DNA of 64,000 nt from a virus (Duplodnaviria; Heunggongvirae; Uroviricota; Caudoviricetes): IMG/VR virus record IMGVR_UViG_3300042901_002340; one strand, written 5' to 3'. This document shows positions 1-9,877 of this stretch, in pieces. Within the stretch, counting starts at the first letter, position 1, and each line of letters begins with the position of its first letter. The notes below the pieces were generated by a model. That model had not been told where the DNA came from. It saw only the letters and a list, made by a program, of their open reading frames with translations, and ran no database searches. Position numbers and translations under genes: made by a program.

Positions 1-14
1 TGCTTAAGGGTTCG

Positions 15-539
15 GTGAGCTATGCTTTTACCCAGGCGTTAAATCCAAATCCTACCAAGAATATTAATGGAGTCTATCCTGGTACGGATTATGGTAATAT
101 GACACAAAGATTGAAATTTAATATAATCAATCTGGATGACGATGCCAAATTTATTGGTACATCAGATAATATTGATGCCTGGGAGATAGGGGGGAGTGAT
201 GATTTTATCTTCAAATTTATAATAGAACAAACTATGTTGGATTTTTCTAAATATGACAATAAATTTTTATTCCTTTATGGACTTGATCCGGCCAAGACCG
301 TGGATTTCACACCATACATAGAATCCATGTCCAAATATTTTAATTACCTTCTAAAATTAAATGTTGGTGATCCCATAAAATATGATATAATGGAGGATAT
401 AGATGGCTATTTCAAAAAAAATCCATTAGACTTATATAAGATTGATGACATGCCAACATTTAAGGCAGATGTGCTCAGGAGAACTGGAATAAAAGATTAT
501 AGCGCAATTGGTAGAAAATTAAAATCTGGAATGATATAA
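15..539 (+). CDS. Hypothetical protein, family A paralog 1; the 5' end may lie upstream of the window
   Basis: ORF of 174 aa. Its C-terminal ~45 aa (YFKKNP...GIKDYSAIGRKLKSGMI) are shared with ORFs 539..1330 and 2940..3566. The last ~50 nt are near-identical to 1270..1330. Confidence 0.55.
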   Translation: MSYAFTQALNPNPTKNINGVYPGTDYGNMTQRLKFNIINLDDDAKFIGTSDNIDAWEIGGSDDFIFKFIIEQTMLDFSKYDNKFLFLYGLDPAKTVDFTPYIESMSKYFNYLLKLNVGDPIKYDIMEDIDGYFKKNPLDLYKIDDMPTFKADVLRRTGIKDYSAIGRKLKSGMI

Positions 540-1330
540 TGAGAAATGTAAAAACATTCAATCAACTTTTTGAGGATAAAATTTCTTATTCAGATAAACT
601 AACACCCGAACAAAATGCCTTTGTTAATAAATTGGTTAGAGGGGTTTGGGATTATTCAGAAACAACTGGAAAGATACATGCCAATGGTTCCATAAGTCAT
701 TCGGATCTTAGCAGGACATCAGGAATGACATTTAGAGATCCGATCAGTGATTTTATGGGTGTTAAATTTTCAAGTTGTAATGGGTATTGCTCCCTTGGTG
801 GTAACAATTTAACTTCTTTGGAAGGAACTCCGGATAAGGTTCATGGTGGATTTTCGTGTGAAAATAATAAATTGAAAACCCTAGTTGGAGGACCAAAGTT
901 TGTAAAATTTCAGTATGATTGTTATGGTAACGAACTGACTAATCTTGAAGGCTTGGCAGAGGAGATTGGTGGACGCCTGGATGCTAGAAAAAATCCAATA
1001 ACATCATTGAAGGGATTGGTACTCAGAGATGTTCTTTGGCAGGTAAAGAGTGTCATATACATAGACGGATTAACTATACCACATGGCAAATTCACAAGAA
1101 GCGCGATTAGGAAACAGTTTATCTCAGGGAACGATATAGAAAAATCCCTTTTATCTACCGTTCTTGATAATGAAATTGATTGGGAATTTCTTGATGATTA
1201 TTTTAAAAAAAATCCAATGGAGATGTATGTTCTTGATAACCAGCCGGAGGTCAAAAATGGAATATTGGAAAGAACCGGAATAAAGGATTATAGCGCAATT
1301 GGTAGAAAATTAAAATCCGGAATGATATAA
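539..1330 (+). CDS. LRR-like repeat protein, family A paralog 2 (same C-terminal domain)
   Basis: 263 aa. Central ~22-residue repeats read NNLTSLEG / NKLKTLVG / NELTNLEG / NPITSLKG (leucine-rich-repeat-like). The C-terminal ERTGIKDYSAIGRKLKSGMI is identical to the end of ORF 15..539. Confidence 0.6.
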   Translation: MRNVKTFNQLFEDKISYSDKLTPEQNAFVNKLVRGVWDYSETTGKIHANGSISHSDLSRTSGMTFRDPISDFMGVKFSSCNGYCSLGGNNLTSLEGTPDKVHGGFSCENNKLKTLVGGPKFVKFQYDCYGNELTNLEGLAEEIGGRLDARKNPITSLKGLVLRDVLWQVKSVIYIDGLTIPHGKFTRSAIRKQFISGNDIEKSLLSTVLDNEIDWEFLDDYFKKNPMEMYVLDNQPEVKNGILERTGIKDYSAIGRKLKSGMI

Positions 1331-1333
1331 AAA

Positions 1334-1362
1334 AAGGCTGATATTAATATCAGCCTTTTTTG
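1334..1362. terminator. Bidirectional intrinsic terminator (hairpin aaggctgatattaatatcagcctt flanked by an A-run and a T-run)
   Basis: Perfect 10-bp stem with a T6 tail on the plus strand and an A-run upstream. It overlaps the 3' end of minus-strand gene 1350..2126. Confidence 0.6.
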
Positions 1363-2126
1363 TTCTTACAATTATCGAAATGGTGTCTTTTTAAATTCCC
1401 TGGGTCCATAAACTTACCACAGTGCGGACATTCCAATTTTTTTCTTTTTTTTGCTGCTTCGCTCTGTTTTATCCTTACTTCAATACGTCTGGATCCATTA
1501 TTTTCTGATAGCTTCTTTAAAGTTTCTGGTCTATTCTGTGATTCTATATTTATTAATCTTTTTCTCTCCCTTTCTTCATCAGATATATTTAACCAAAAAT
1601 TTGCTAAGCCTTTCTTTCTCTTATTTACAGTTTCCTCCTTATTTTGGGATATTCTAAGATTTTCTTTATGTGAAATTGATTTTTTTACACCGATAATTTT
1701 AATTTTAATTTTTTCTATAACTTTTGGATCCTTATTGTGTGCTATAGTTTTGACTAATCTCATTTCTCTTTCTTCGGGATTTAGTGAATCCCAATATTTC
1801 TTTATTGATATTGACAATCTTAAATTTGACTCTGCTGACATTTTTCCACCTAACCCATCCATTCTACAACACAAGGACGGGATATTCAAAACGTCATAAT
1901 GTATTTTCCAAGCAGTTTCCCTTAATATTAACATTTTATCGTCCTCCACAATTTCTATTATTTCGAATATATGAGAACACCAGCCATATTTCCTTAATGA
2001 ATTGTACAATTTTGTTTGTTTTTTACAAGAAAGTGATTTATACCTACTTACTCTTTTTTCTATGTTTGTACTTTGTCCTATATAAATTTTACCAGATGGG
2101 CTTGTTATCTTATAAATTCCCTGCAT
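1350..2126 (-). CDS. GIY-YIG homing endonuclease (free-standing), with a C-terminal Cys/His zinc-finger-like segment
   Basis: N-terminus MQGIYKITSPSGKIYIGQST is a canonical GIY...YIG motif. NUMOD-like basic segments follow. The C-terminus reads CPHCGKF...HHFDNC. Confidence 0.75.
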   Translation of the reverse strand: MQGIYKITSPSGKIYIGQSTNIEKRVSRYKSLSCKKQTKLYNSLRKYGWCSHIFEIIEIVEDDKMLILRETAWKIHYDVLNIPSLCCRMDGLGGKMSAESNLRLSISIKKYWDSLNPEEREMRLVKTIAHNKDPKVIEKIKIKIIGVKKSISHKENLRISQNKEETVNKRKKGLANFWLNISDEERERKRLINIESQNRPETLKKLSENNGSRRIEVRIKQSEAAKKRKKLECPHCGKFMDPGNLKRHHFDNCKNKKG

Positions 2127-2132
2127 TATTCC

Positions 2133-2837
2133 TTAATTAAATTTGTATCCTGTTAATTTTTCAATATCTTCCCTTCTAACTAATAATTTTTCCAGTTCAA
2201 TCTTTTCTGAGGTATTTGGAAAAATATATGCTCTGAATTCTTTGGTTTTCTTGATGTATATCACCTTCCAACATTTTACTGGTACTGCTACTTTATGAGG
2301 TCCGAAAGTTTTTAATATTCCTATGGATCCGCACCAAACATGAACACTATCATTTTCCATAGCTAGTAATCTTGTTCGTGTTTCCAGTGTTTTCCACGAT
2401 CCTGCATTTAAGGTATGTGGTTGTGGTGTCATATTGCTGAAATAAAAACATTCCTTCTGTGCAATATCTCCATTACACAAATTGGAAGCTGCTGGACACA
2501 TGTGACCTCTATCATACCCTGACCCCACATAATCTTTCGCTATATCGGTCTCCTTAGGAAGGAGAGGATCAGGTTTAAAATCATCCTTTCTTTTTAGTGG
2601 ATTTGGACACCCGACCTTTGCTTTGGTTTCCCACCATTCAACAAGTACCGGGTACTTTAAAGATTTGCTGTAGACTGTGGTGTAGTTTATATGTTTCAAT
2701 CTTATCGTGTCTTGGGCACTGCTCAACCAAAAAACGAAAAGAAATAGCACAATGTATGGTTTTCTCATTCTGATATGTTTTCTTTTATATATCGGATTTT
2801 GATCCAAAAATCGGGGGTGCTTGGATATATAGAGCAT
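2133..2837 (-). CDS. Secreted DNA/RNA non-specific endonuclease (Serratia NucA / EndoG family, DRGH motif)
   Basis: DRGHMCPAA matches the DRGH active-site signature. A hydrophobic signal-like segment IVLFLFVFWLSSAQ follows the internal Met MRKPYIV. The real start may be that Met at about 2768. Confidence 0.7.
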   Translation of the reverse strand: MLYISKHPRFLDQNPIYKRKHIRMRKPYIVLFLFVFWLSSAQDTIRLKHINYTTVYSKSLKYPVLVEWWETKAKVGCPNPLKRKDDFKPDPLLPKETDIAKDYVGSGYDRGHMCPAASNLCNGDIAQKECFYFSNMTPQPHTLNAGSWKTLETRTRLLAMENDSVHVWCGSIGILKTFGPHKVAVPVKCWKVIYIKKTKEFRAYIFPNTSEKIELEKLLVRREDIEKLTGYKFN

Positions 2838-2939
2838 CCGGCTGACTCTCTGAAGTCAGGTTTTAGGACCGGAATAGTTACGGCTATGTAAAGGTTGGAA
2901 TTCGCTACTCCAACCTTTTTTATTTGTGATATATAAGAG

Positions 2940-3566
2940 ATGAGAATAATAAAATCTTTCAATCTTTTCGGATTTAGTGTAAACGAGAATGTTTATAGAC
3001 CCTATGTGAGTTCATTAGAAAATCTTGATTCCTATAAAAAGATGTCTGAATGGTCAGATGTTAATATAGAACAAAGACAGGATGGTAAACTAACTAAAAT
3101 AAGTATTTTCCCCAATGATAATGACGTTGTTTTAAAATACGAATTAAGAGAGATGCCAAGTTCAGAATCGGACAGTAGAATAAAAATGGGTGTTTATAAA
3201 TTTAAAGATTTTGGTTGGGAATACATTATGGGATATAGTGTATCCAATGTTTCTGATTATGAATCTATATTTAGAGGAATAGAAAAATCATCCATCAAGG
3301 AACTATATGGTATTGATATAGGGAAAAAAGGATTTCTATCATCACCAGAATCTCTTGAACCTATAGAAGATTGTGAAAATCCGGATCTTATGAGATCCCT
3401 TATAACAAGGATACCTGAGGTAAAGGTGATTAATTACTTTAAACAAAACCCAATGTCTATCTATATGTTGCACAGTTGCCCTGATATAAAGAAAAAGATA
3501 ATGGATAAAGCAGGAATAGGTGATTTCTCTAAAATAGGAAGAGCATTAAAAAAAGGGATGATATAG
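2940..3566 (+). CDS. Hypothetical protein, family A paralog 3
   Basis: 208 aa. The C-terminus YFKQNPMSIYMLHSCPDIKKKIMDKAGIGDFSKIGRALKKGMI is homologous to the ends of the other two paralogs. Confidence 0.6.
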   Translation: MRIIKSFNLFGFSVNENVYRPYVSSLENLDSYKKMSEWSDVNIEQRQDGKLTKISIFPNDNDVVLKYELREMPSSESDSRIKMGVYKFKDFGWEYIMGYSVSNVSDYESIFRGIEKSSIKELYGIDIGKKGFLSSPESLEPIEDCENPDLMRSLITRIPEVKVINYFKQNPMSIYMLHSCPDIKKKIMDKAGIGDFSKIGRALKKGMI

Positions 3567-3576
3567 ATAAGAAATA

Positions 3577-6087
3577 TTAAGAAATGAACGTTACAGTTCC
3601 TCCCGGTCTTCTCCAGTCTGGTTCTGAATAAACACCAACCGTTGACCAATAACTCATTCCTCTAGTATCATTTGAGGTGGTTGTTTTAAAATCATCTATA
3701 TTTATCCAACCAGCATTACCATCACAATCTATGTAAAACTCTAATACACAATTATGGCTAACTGCGGGAGTTGTATAGGTTAATGTTTGCCATGCGCCGT
3801 TTGCTGCATTTGTTGCACTAACAGCTACAGTTTCTGTTAAATTTCCAGCTAAAGGGTTAAACGCATACATTAATCGTGGTTGATTACCGTTGTATGCAAT
3901 ACCATCCCCGGCAACAGACTTTCTAACAGCAACGGATATAGTACACGTTTGTCCTGATTGGACAGCCACTCTAACAGAATTTGAGAATGTTTTGTTTGTT
4001 AATACTGCGGGAACTATTCTTATGGTTGGAAGACCATTATATGTAATTATATTATCATTTTCTATTGATCCGTTAGATTGGTATTGTCGGTAATCGTTAG
4101 TTACTCCATTATGTTTTAATGATGTTACGCCATTAAATCCATTCACGGAAGTAAATTGTGTTGTTGAAACAAATGCAGCAGGGGCTCCAAAAAATAAACA
4201 ATTTGTTAATGTGGTTCCAACTTGACCCCCTCTCAAACATGCAGTTGTAAAATTACTTTCCACATTATCAGGTCTTCTTCCAAATGTACAATTTGAAAAA
4301 TGTGTATAATCATTAAGCATTGCTGTATAACCAATCGCACTTAAAAGACCTGTTTTGCCTGCCCAAAAGAAACAATTATTGAACCAAAGTTTTCTAAGAA
4401 ACCCACCAATGGTATCGATATTTATAACATTGCCATAAAAATAACAATTTTCATATTTTTCAAAAGCTGTTCTATCGGTACCTGCTGTTACTGATGTATA
4501 TCTAATGGCAACTGCATTATTAAAAAATACATAATTACTTACTGTATTATTAAAACCCGTTGTTGTGTTATATATGGCACCATTACCTCCAGTTGCATAA
4601 AATCGATTCCCTGTAGATCCATTTGCCAAAGCCACACCGCTAAGCCCTGCATTTTGGGAAGATGCTATAACATTGTTGCTACCAAGTGATCCAGCACCTA
4701 TTGCACCAAATGCAGTGAAACCTATTATTAAGTTATTATTGGTGACTGCTCCTAAAAATTCAGCATAATTATAAAAAACATTATTAGATAGTGAATATGT
4801 AGTGGTTATCAGATAGGAAAATATAGTGGTTGTACCAGGTGAAGTGGTTTGCCAAAATGTACATTGTTGGGTGTTAAATGTTCCTGTATATGTAGAAGTT
4901 CCTGAATTATGTACAAAAGTACCCATTTCAAAAAATTCAACATCAAAGAATGTTGTAACCCCATTTAAACCCTGTACAAAACGGGTTTTAAATGTACCAC
5001 TTACACTTCTTATTTTTATAGTTCGTGTCAGATTACACAGATCTGCTTGTATGTAAATAGCTGCATTCCCATCATGTGCAAATGAGGTTGCCCCGTGGGT
5101 TAATGTTGTACCACTGGCATTAGCATTCAATGTTACTCTTTCATGTTGAGTGGTTGTTCTTGTGGTACTTGGTATCACAATTACGTCATTTTGTTGCCAT
5201 CCAGTGGAAACATCAGTGGTCATACTTGTTGCTCCTGCTGTAATATCTGCAGCTAAAAGCGCCCTATGTAGAACGGTTGTTGCATATTTTGTTTCTAATG
5301 TACCAAAATTATAGATCTGAAATTGTAAAGCAGTAGCACAATTTATTTCCAAAACTGCGGTTGATGTAGCAGGAATAGGTGTAGATGCAGTTCCAATTGT
5401 AAATGTTCCACCCCTTCCGATCCAAATATCACCGGCTAATCTTAAAACATAACTTGTGGAAGCTGCCACCCCATAATTAAATATCCCATTACTTCCAATG
5501 TAGCACTGTCCATATTGTGTTGTGGTTGTGCTATCCATTGTAACCGTGGTTGTGGCATTAACACCAGCTGATGTATAACTTCCTCCTGTGATTAATATGT
5601 CGGTTGCAGCAGGCGCCGCCGTTGTGGTTGTTACTAGTGCTCTACTCCAGTTATTAGCAGTAGCATCTCGATAAACACTAACTTGTGCAGCAACTGATGT
5701 TAGTAATCTTATTGAATAGCTATTCCCTGCAACCAATAATTGATTGGCACCAAATTTAAAATAGGCCCAACCAACATAAGGTGTTGCTTGATTACTCGAG
5801 TTGGGTAAATCGCTGACGTTTAGTACCACTGAAGTAATTACTGCTGCGGTGGTGCTATTAAATAACTGAAGTGTGATGGTTCCGGATGGTGTTGCAATTC
5901 TACCCAGTATTTGAATAGAAACTCCCGAAATGGTTATAGCTCCAGGAATAAATGTGGATGAAGCAACAGCAGAAGTTGTTAGAGTTGTACTTGCTGCCCT
6001 ACTATCTAAATAGGATGTAGCATTAACCACACCCCACGTAGATGAACTTGATAAATTTCCGTCCGCTATTGAATGTAGTACAGCCAT
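3577..6087 (-). CDS. Tail fibre or tailspike-like protein with parallel beta-helix (pectate-lyase-like) repeats
   Basis: 836 aa, very rich in Thr/Ser/Asn/Gly/Ala. Repeated N/G-x-x-x-x-N beta-helix-like rungs. It lies immediately downstream of the collagen-like fibre genes. Confidence 0.55.
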   Translation of the reverse strand: MAVLHSIADGNLSSSSTWGVVNATSYLDSRAASTTLTTSAVASSTFIPGAITISGVSIQILGRIATPSGTITLQLFNSTTAAVITSVVLNVSDLPNSSNQATPYVGWAYFKFGANQLLVAGNSYSIRLLTSVAAQVSVYRDATANNWSRALVTTTTAAPAATDILITGGSYTSAGVNATTTVTMDSTTTTQYGQCYIGSNGIFNYGVAASTSYVLRLAGDIWIGRGGTFTIGTASTPIPATSTAVLEINCATALQFQIYNFGTLETKYATTVLHRALLAADITAGATSMTTDVSTGWQQNDVIVIPSTTRTTTQHERVTLNANASGTTLTHGATSFAHDGNAAIYIQADLCNLTRTIKIRSVSGTFKTRFVQGLNGVTTFFDVEFFEMGTFVHNSGTSTYTGTFNTQQCTFWQTTSPGTTTIFSYLITTTYSLSNNVFYNYAEFLGAVTNNNLIIGFTAFGAIGAGSLGSNNVIASSQNAGLSGVALANGSTGNRFYATGGNGAIYNTTTGFNNTVSNYVFFNNAVAIRYTSVTAGTDRTAFEKYENCYFYGNVINIDTIGGFLRKLWFNNCFFWAGKTGLLSAIGYTAMLNDYTHFSNCTFGRRPDNVESNFTTACLRGGQVGTTLTNCLFFGAPAAFVSTTQFTSVNGFNGVTSLKHNGVTNDYRQYQSNGSIENDNIITYNGLPTIRIVPAVLTNKTFSNSVRVAVQSGQTCTISVAVRKSVAGDGIAYNGNQPRLMYAFNPLAGNLTETVAVSATNAANGAWQTLTYTTPAVSHNCVLEFYIDCDGNAGWINIDDFKTTTSNDTRGMSYWSTVGVYSEPDWRRPGGTVTFIS

Positions 6088-6302
6088 TAATAAATTATTA
6101 TTTCGGTTAGCTGATATTCTTCAGTTGAAAAATTACCTTCAAATATTTCAGTGGCTCTATCAAACATGTCCTGTTCCGTAAATCCCTCCTCAAAAGGAAC
6201 GCACCCAAGTCTGAGCATTTGAACCCCATCCTCATCAAATTCCAAATCAAAATGTGATAAAGGCAAAGCGTTGTATCTTCTGTTTAAATATATTGCTATC
6301 AT
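6087..6302 (-). CDS. Hypothetical small acidic protein (possible fibre assembly factor)
   Basis: 71-aa ORF that overlaps its fibre-gene neighbours by 1 and 4 nt. Confidence 0.4.
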   Translation of the reverse strand: MIAIYLNRRYNALPLSHFDLEFDEDGVQMLRLGCVPFEEGFTEQDMFDRATEIFEGNFSTEEYQLTEIIIY

Positions 6303-9300
6303 TGATATCCCTCTAATGTTAATGTTATTCTTGTTTGTGTAGTTACTGAATCTAAATTGAATCTGATTATGTTACCTGCGGTAATCCCGGTTGTCCAGGC
6401 TGTTAATGTTGTGCTCTGTCCTTTTATAGATCCAGCCAAATTTGGTTTTGTTCCCGATGCACCTATTATGGTGTTTGCCACTGTGGGTGGATATGTTGCA
6501 TAAGGAGCGCTCCATATATCAACTGAGGCTGTTCCGCCAACGTCACCTAAGATGGTCCAACCTGTTATTGTCATTGCATACGGGATAACAACATCCGCCT
6601 GTGAACCAGCAGTAAGGACAGATCCTCCACCATCAAACACCACACCAAAAGCTCTTGGTATTGTCGGGGTAGCACCTGTTGCTCCAGTAGCACCGGCCGA
6701 ACCAGTTGCTCCATTTGTCCCCTGTGAACCTGTTGCTCCTGCGGGTCCAGTAGCACCTTGACTTCCAGTAGCACCTTGACTTCCAGTTGGGCCAACCCCA
6801 TTTGTTATTAAAGCCGCAGTAAACCACGTACCTGAACTGGCTCCATTTATATTTTGTGATGTTGGGTTACCTGTAAATGCTGTGACTTCAATATAATCTG
6901 TTGTGCCATTAAAATATGTGATAATGTCAATTTCTTGACCATATCCTGCACCTGTAACAATTTGAGTTTGTTGAATAGCTACTTGAGTACTACCATTCTT
7001 TCTAAATTGAATATTACTTTGATTGTTTGTAACAGAACCTGCATCCCACCATACTGCAAGTTGCAAATTGTAATATCCTGCAATTGTTGGTTGAAACTTA
7101 TTAGGAGTCCACCAGTTTTGAGGGTCAAACTCGTCTACAAATGTTATAACTTGGTCAGAACCGTTTGTTATCGTTTGAGCACTTCCACCTTTAACTGCTT
7201 TCATTACATAGTCACTAGGTGTTAATGAAACACCCGGTCCAGTGGGACCTTGACTTCCAGTTGCTCCAGTAGCTCCAGTGCTTCCGGTGACTCCATTATT
7301 TCCTGTTGCACCTATGCTTCCAGTAGCTCCTTGACTTCCAGTAGCTCCAGTTGCCCCAGTGTTTCCAGTTGCTCCAGTACTTCCAGCAGATCCAGTTGCC
7401 CCAGTGCTTCCGGTTGCCCCTGTTGCACCCACTCCGCTGGGTCCGGTTAAACCAATAGCACCAGTTGCTCCAGTAGGTCCTAACTGTGTATACATTACTT
7501 GTGTGAATGTAGCAATTACACTTGGTGTTGCCGGATGAACCGGTGCAACACCTGCTGGTAAATATTCAATTGAAACCTGTGTACTATCAGCATGCCACCA
7601 AAGTTCTACGGTATCTCCAGGAGCTACTGATGTTCCCACAAAGTTAACAGTTGCAACTGCATATCCAAATTCAGAAGCATTTTTTCTAGCAGGTACGTGA
7701 AAACGTGTAGTGCTGTCTGGATAGTCAGATCCGTTATATCTTAGCCAAATATCGGCATAATGAATGGCATTATCTATATTCTTGAGCTGTATAGAATAAA
7801 TCATGGTATATGTTCCCGGATTAGCAATGACAACAGTACCTGTGCCGCTCAAAGAAAATCCAACCGAACCTTGATTGCCATTAATTCCCACTATTTGTGC
7901 CGTACCTGAAGATATCAAAGGCTGATCGTTGGTATCATAAAAATTTCCATAGTAACCTAAAGCACCCCCAGCTCCGGTTGGTCCTGTTATTCCGACTGGT
8001 CCACTGGTCAATATTGCAACTATGATATCTTGGTTGTCAGAAAAGGAGTATCCTCCAGCTACATAGGAAACTGGAACTGTAACATAAGTATTGGCAAGTC
8101 CTGTAAGAGGGCCATTCACTTTCCAGGATTGATAATTATTAGAGTTTGATAGGTCCTGAATAATTATAGTATCACCTACTTTAAGTAGATTAAGAAATAT
8201 ATCTACGTCGATTCCTAATTGGGTTAGGTGGGAGAATGTTAATTGAGAAGATGCCGTTTGTGTGGCATTATGCCATATAACATAACCATTACCTGGTGGT
8301 GGTGAAGTGGTTGTTGTTTTTGCTTTGTAGGTATAATATGACGTGGATTGACCATTTGAACCGGTTGGTCCCTGAGAACCTGTAGCACCAGTTGCTCCCT
8401 GAGATCCATTTATACCTGCATCACCACTTCTGGAAAAGGAAACGACTAATGAATCTCCTGGATTAATTGTGCCATTGCTTCCTATATAAGTAACCGTTAT
8501 TATCTCTCGTCCCGAAGAATTGCCACCGGTTAGTATTTGATAGTCCGCATAAATATTTGAAATCCCATTAACGCTTATTCTTAAACTACCTTTTATTGGA
8601 TTAGTGCTATCTGCTAAGGTATTATTCCAATTCGTAATATTACCTCCCTGTGCATCGGTATTACTTATTTGTATTGCTGATGTATCAGTCACATTTGTGC
8701 CATTAAATCCAATATAACCCGGGGTAATACCACCGCTGGAATATGAGTAATTTTCCATTGTCATTAGAACAGAATCACCTCCAAAATTACCAGTAATACC
8801 GATTGATCCGGTAGCTCCTGTGGCTCCAGTAATTCCGGTTGCTCCTGTGCTTCCTGTAGATCCATTGGCACCAGTAATTCCAGTGGCTCCAGTGCTTCCA
8901 TTAGCACCAGTGGCTCCAGTGCTTCCTGCAGAACCAGTAGCACCAACTTCACCAGCAATACTAAAAAACCAAGCTCCATAGGAACCTGCTGACCCAACTA
9001 TATAATCAACCTCAATGACTAATGTGGAAGAAGTAAACGATATTACTTGTCCTTCCATGTAGTTATTTGCATTAACAATTGCTCTAATCCGATTTCCTAC
9101 GGGTGCATATGCTGATTGTGTGGCGCTTAAATTTGTTACAAAAGTTTTTGTACCTACTGAAAGTGTATTTGCTGAACTAGAGGATAGTTTATATCCTGCA
9201 CCTTCCGACCCAGTAGCACCAGTGCTTCCATTAGCACCAGTAGCACCAGTGCTCCCATTAGCACCAGTTGCTCCGGTTGCTCCAGTGCTTCCAGTAGGAC

Positions 9301-9775
9301 CAGTTGCTCCTGTGCTTCCTGTAGATCCAGTAGGGCCAGTTGCTCCTGTGCTTCCTGTAGCACCAGTTGACCCGGCCGGTCCAGGAACTGTTGAATCCGC
9401 ACCTGTTGCTCCAGTGGAACCGGTTGGTCCTGTAGCTCCGGTGGAACCAGTTGCCCCAGCTGGTCCAGGAACTGATGAATCTGCTCCAGTTGCTCCAGTT
9501 GTTCCAGTTGCTCCAGTAGATCCGGTAGGTCCAATTGAACCTTGTGGTCCAATTGAACCTTGTGGTCCAGTTGGACCTGTGGGTCCAACTGGACCACCCG
9601 AAGGACCTGTGGGTCCAGTTGGACCCACAGGTCCAGTAGCACCGTCACCAGTTCCTCCCGTGCCTATATTTGCTAATAGCCACTGATAGCCACTCCAGAT
9701 CCATAATTTTTGAGATCCTTCGTCGGATGATAAAAATGCTTGACCTATTCTAGGTGATTGTGGAAATTGAGCCAA
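6299..9775 (-). CDS. Collagen-like repeat-containing tail fibre protein
   Basis: 1158 aa with several long (G-x-T/S)n and GPxGPxG collagen-like tracts separated by globular Thr/Ser-rich segments. Confidence 0.7.
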   Translation of the reverse strand: MAQFPQSPRIGQAFLSSDEGSQKLWIWSGYQWLLANIGTGGTGDGATGPVGPTGPTGPSGGPVGPTGPTGPQGSIGPQGSIGPTGSTGATGTTGATGADSSVPGPAGATGSTGATGPTGSTGATGADSTVPGPAGSTGATGSTGATGPTGSTGSTGATGPTGSTGATGATGANGSTGATGANGSTGATGSEGAGYKLSSSSANTLSVGTKTFVTNLSATQSAYAPVGNRIRAIVNANNYMEGQVISFTSSTLVIEVDYIVGSAGSYGAWFFSIAGEVGATGSAGSTGATGANGSTGATGITGANGSTGSTGATGITGATGATGSIGITGNFGGDSVLMTMENYSYSSGGITPGYIGFNGTNVTDTSAIQISNTDAQGGNITNWNNTLADSTNPIKGSLRISVNGISNIYADYQILTGGNSSGREIITVTYIGSNGTINPGDSLVVSFSRSGDAGINGSQGATGATGSQGPTGSNGQSTSYYTYKAKTTTTSPPPGNGYVIWHNATQTASSQLTFSHLTQLGIDVDIFLNLLKVGDTIIIQDLSNSNNYQSWKVNGPLTGLANTYVTVPVSYVAGGYSFSDNQDIIVAILTSGPVGITGPTGAGGALGYYGNFYDTNDQPLISSGTAQIVGINGNQGSVGFSLSGTGTVVIANPGTYTMIYSIQLKNIDNAIHYADIWLRYNGSDYPDSTTRFHVPARKNASEFGYAVATVNFVGTSVAPGDTVELWWHADSTQVSIEYLPAGVAPVHPATPSVIATFTQVMYTQLGPTGATGAIGLTGPSGVGATGATGSTGATGSAGSTGATGNTGATGATGSQGATGSIGATGNNGVTGSTGATGATGSQGPTGPGVSLTPSDYVMKAVKGGSAQTITNGSDQVITFVDEFDPQNWWTPNKFQPTIAGYYNLQLAVWWDAGSVTNNQSNIQFRKNGSTQVAIQQTQIVTGAGYGQEIDIITYFNGTTDYIEVTAFTGNPTSQNINGASSGTWFTAALITNGVGPTGSQGATGSQGATGPAGATGSQGTNGATGSAGATGATGATPTIPRAFGVVFDGGGSVLTAGSQADVVIPYAMTITGWTILGDVGGTASVDIWSAPYATYPPTVANTIIGASGTKPNLAGSIKGQSTTLTAWTTGITAGNIIRFNLDSVTTQTRITLTLEGYQ

Positions 9776-9877
9776 TTTGATGCGTTACTTTTTCTATATA
9801 TCGAACTCGAAAAGTTGTGGGATTTTACATGATCCCGGGAGCTAACTCTATATTGATTTTAAGTGTATCGCTATGGT

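Noticed and set aside
1360-2140. Plus-strand ORFs 1360..1899, 1451..1657 and 1784..2140, antisense to the GIY-YIG gene
   Set aside because: They are Phe/Leu/Ser-rich antisense artefacts of an AT-rich gene. The minus-strand ORF carries a clear GIY-YIG motif.
6552-9686. Several 60-190 aa ORFs on both strands inside the collagen-repeat fibre gene (6552..6761, 6571..6801, 6633..6827, 6935..7225, 7250..7450, 8764..8997, 9120..9686, 9154..9648) and inside 9878..11326 (10890..11165, 10931..11269)
   Set aside because: These are frame-shifted or antisense readings of GGT/GCA/CCA/ACT repeat DNA. They give Pro/Ala/Val- or Leu/Gln-rich low-complexity translations nested wholly within the long fibre ORFs.
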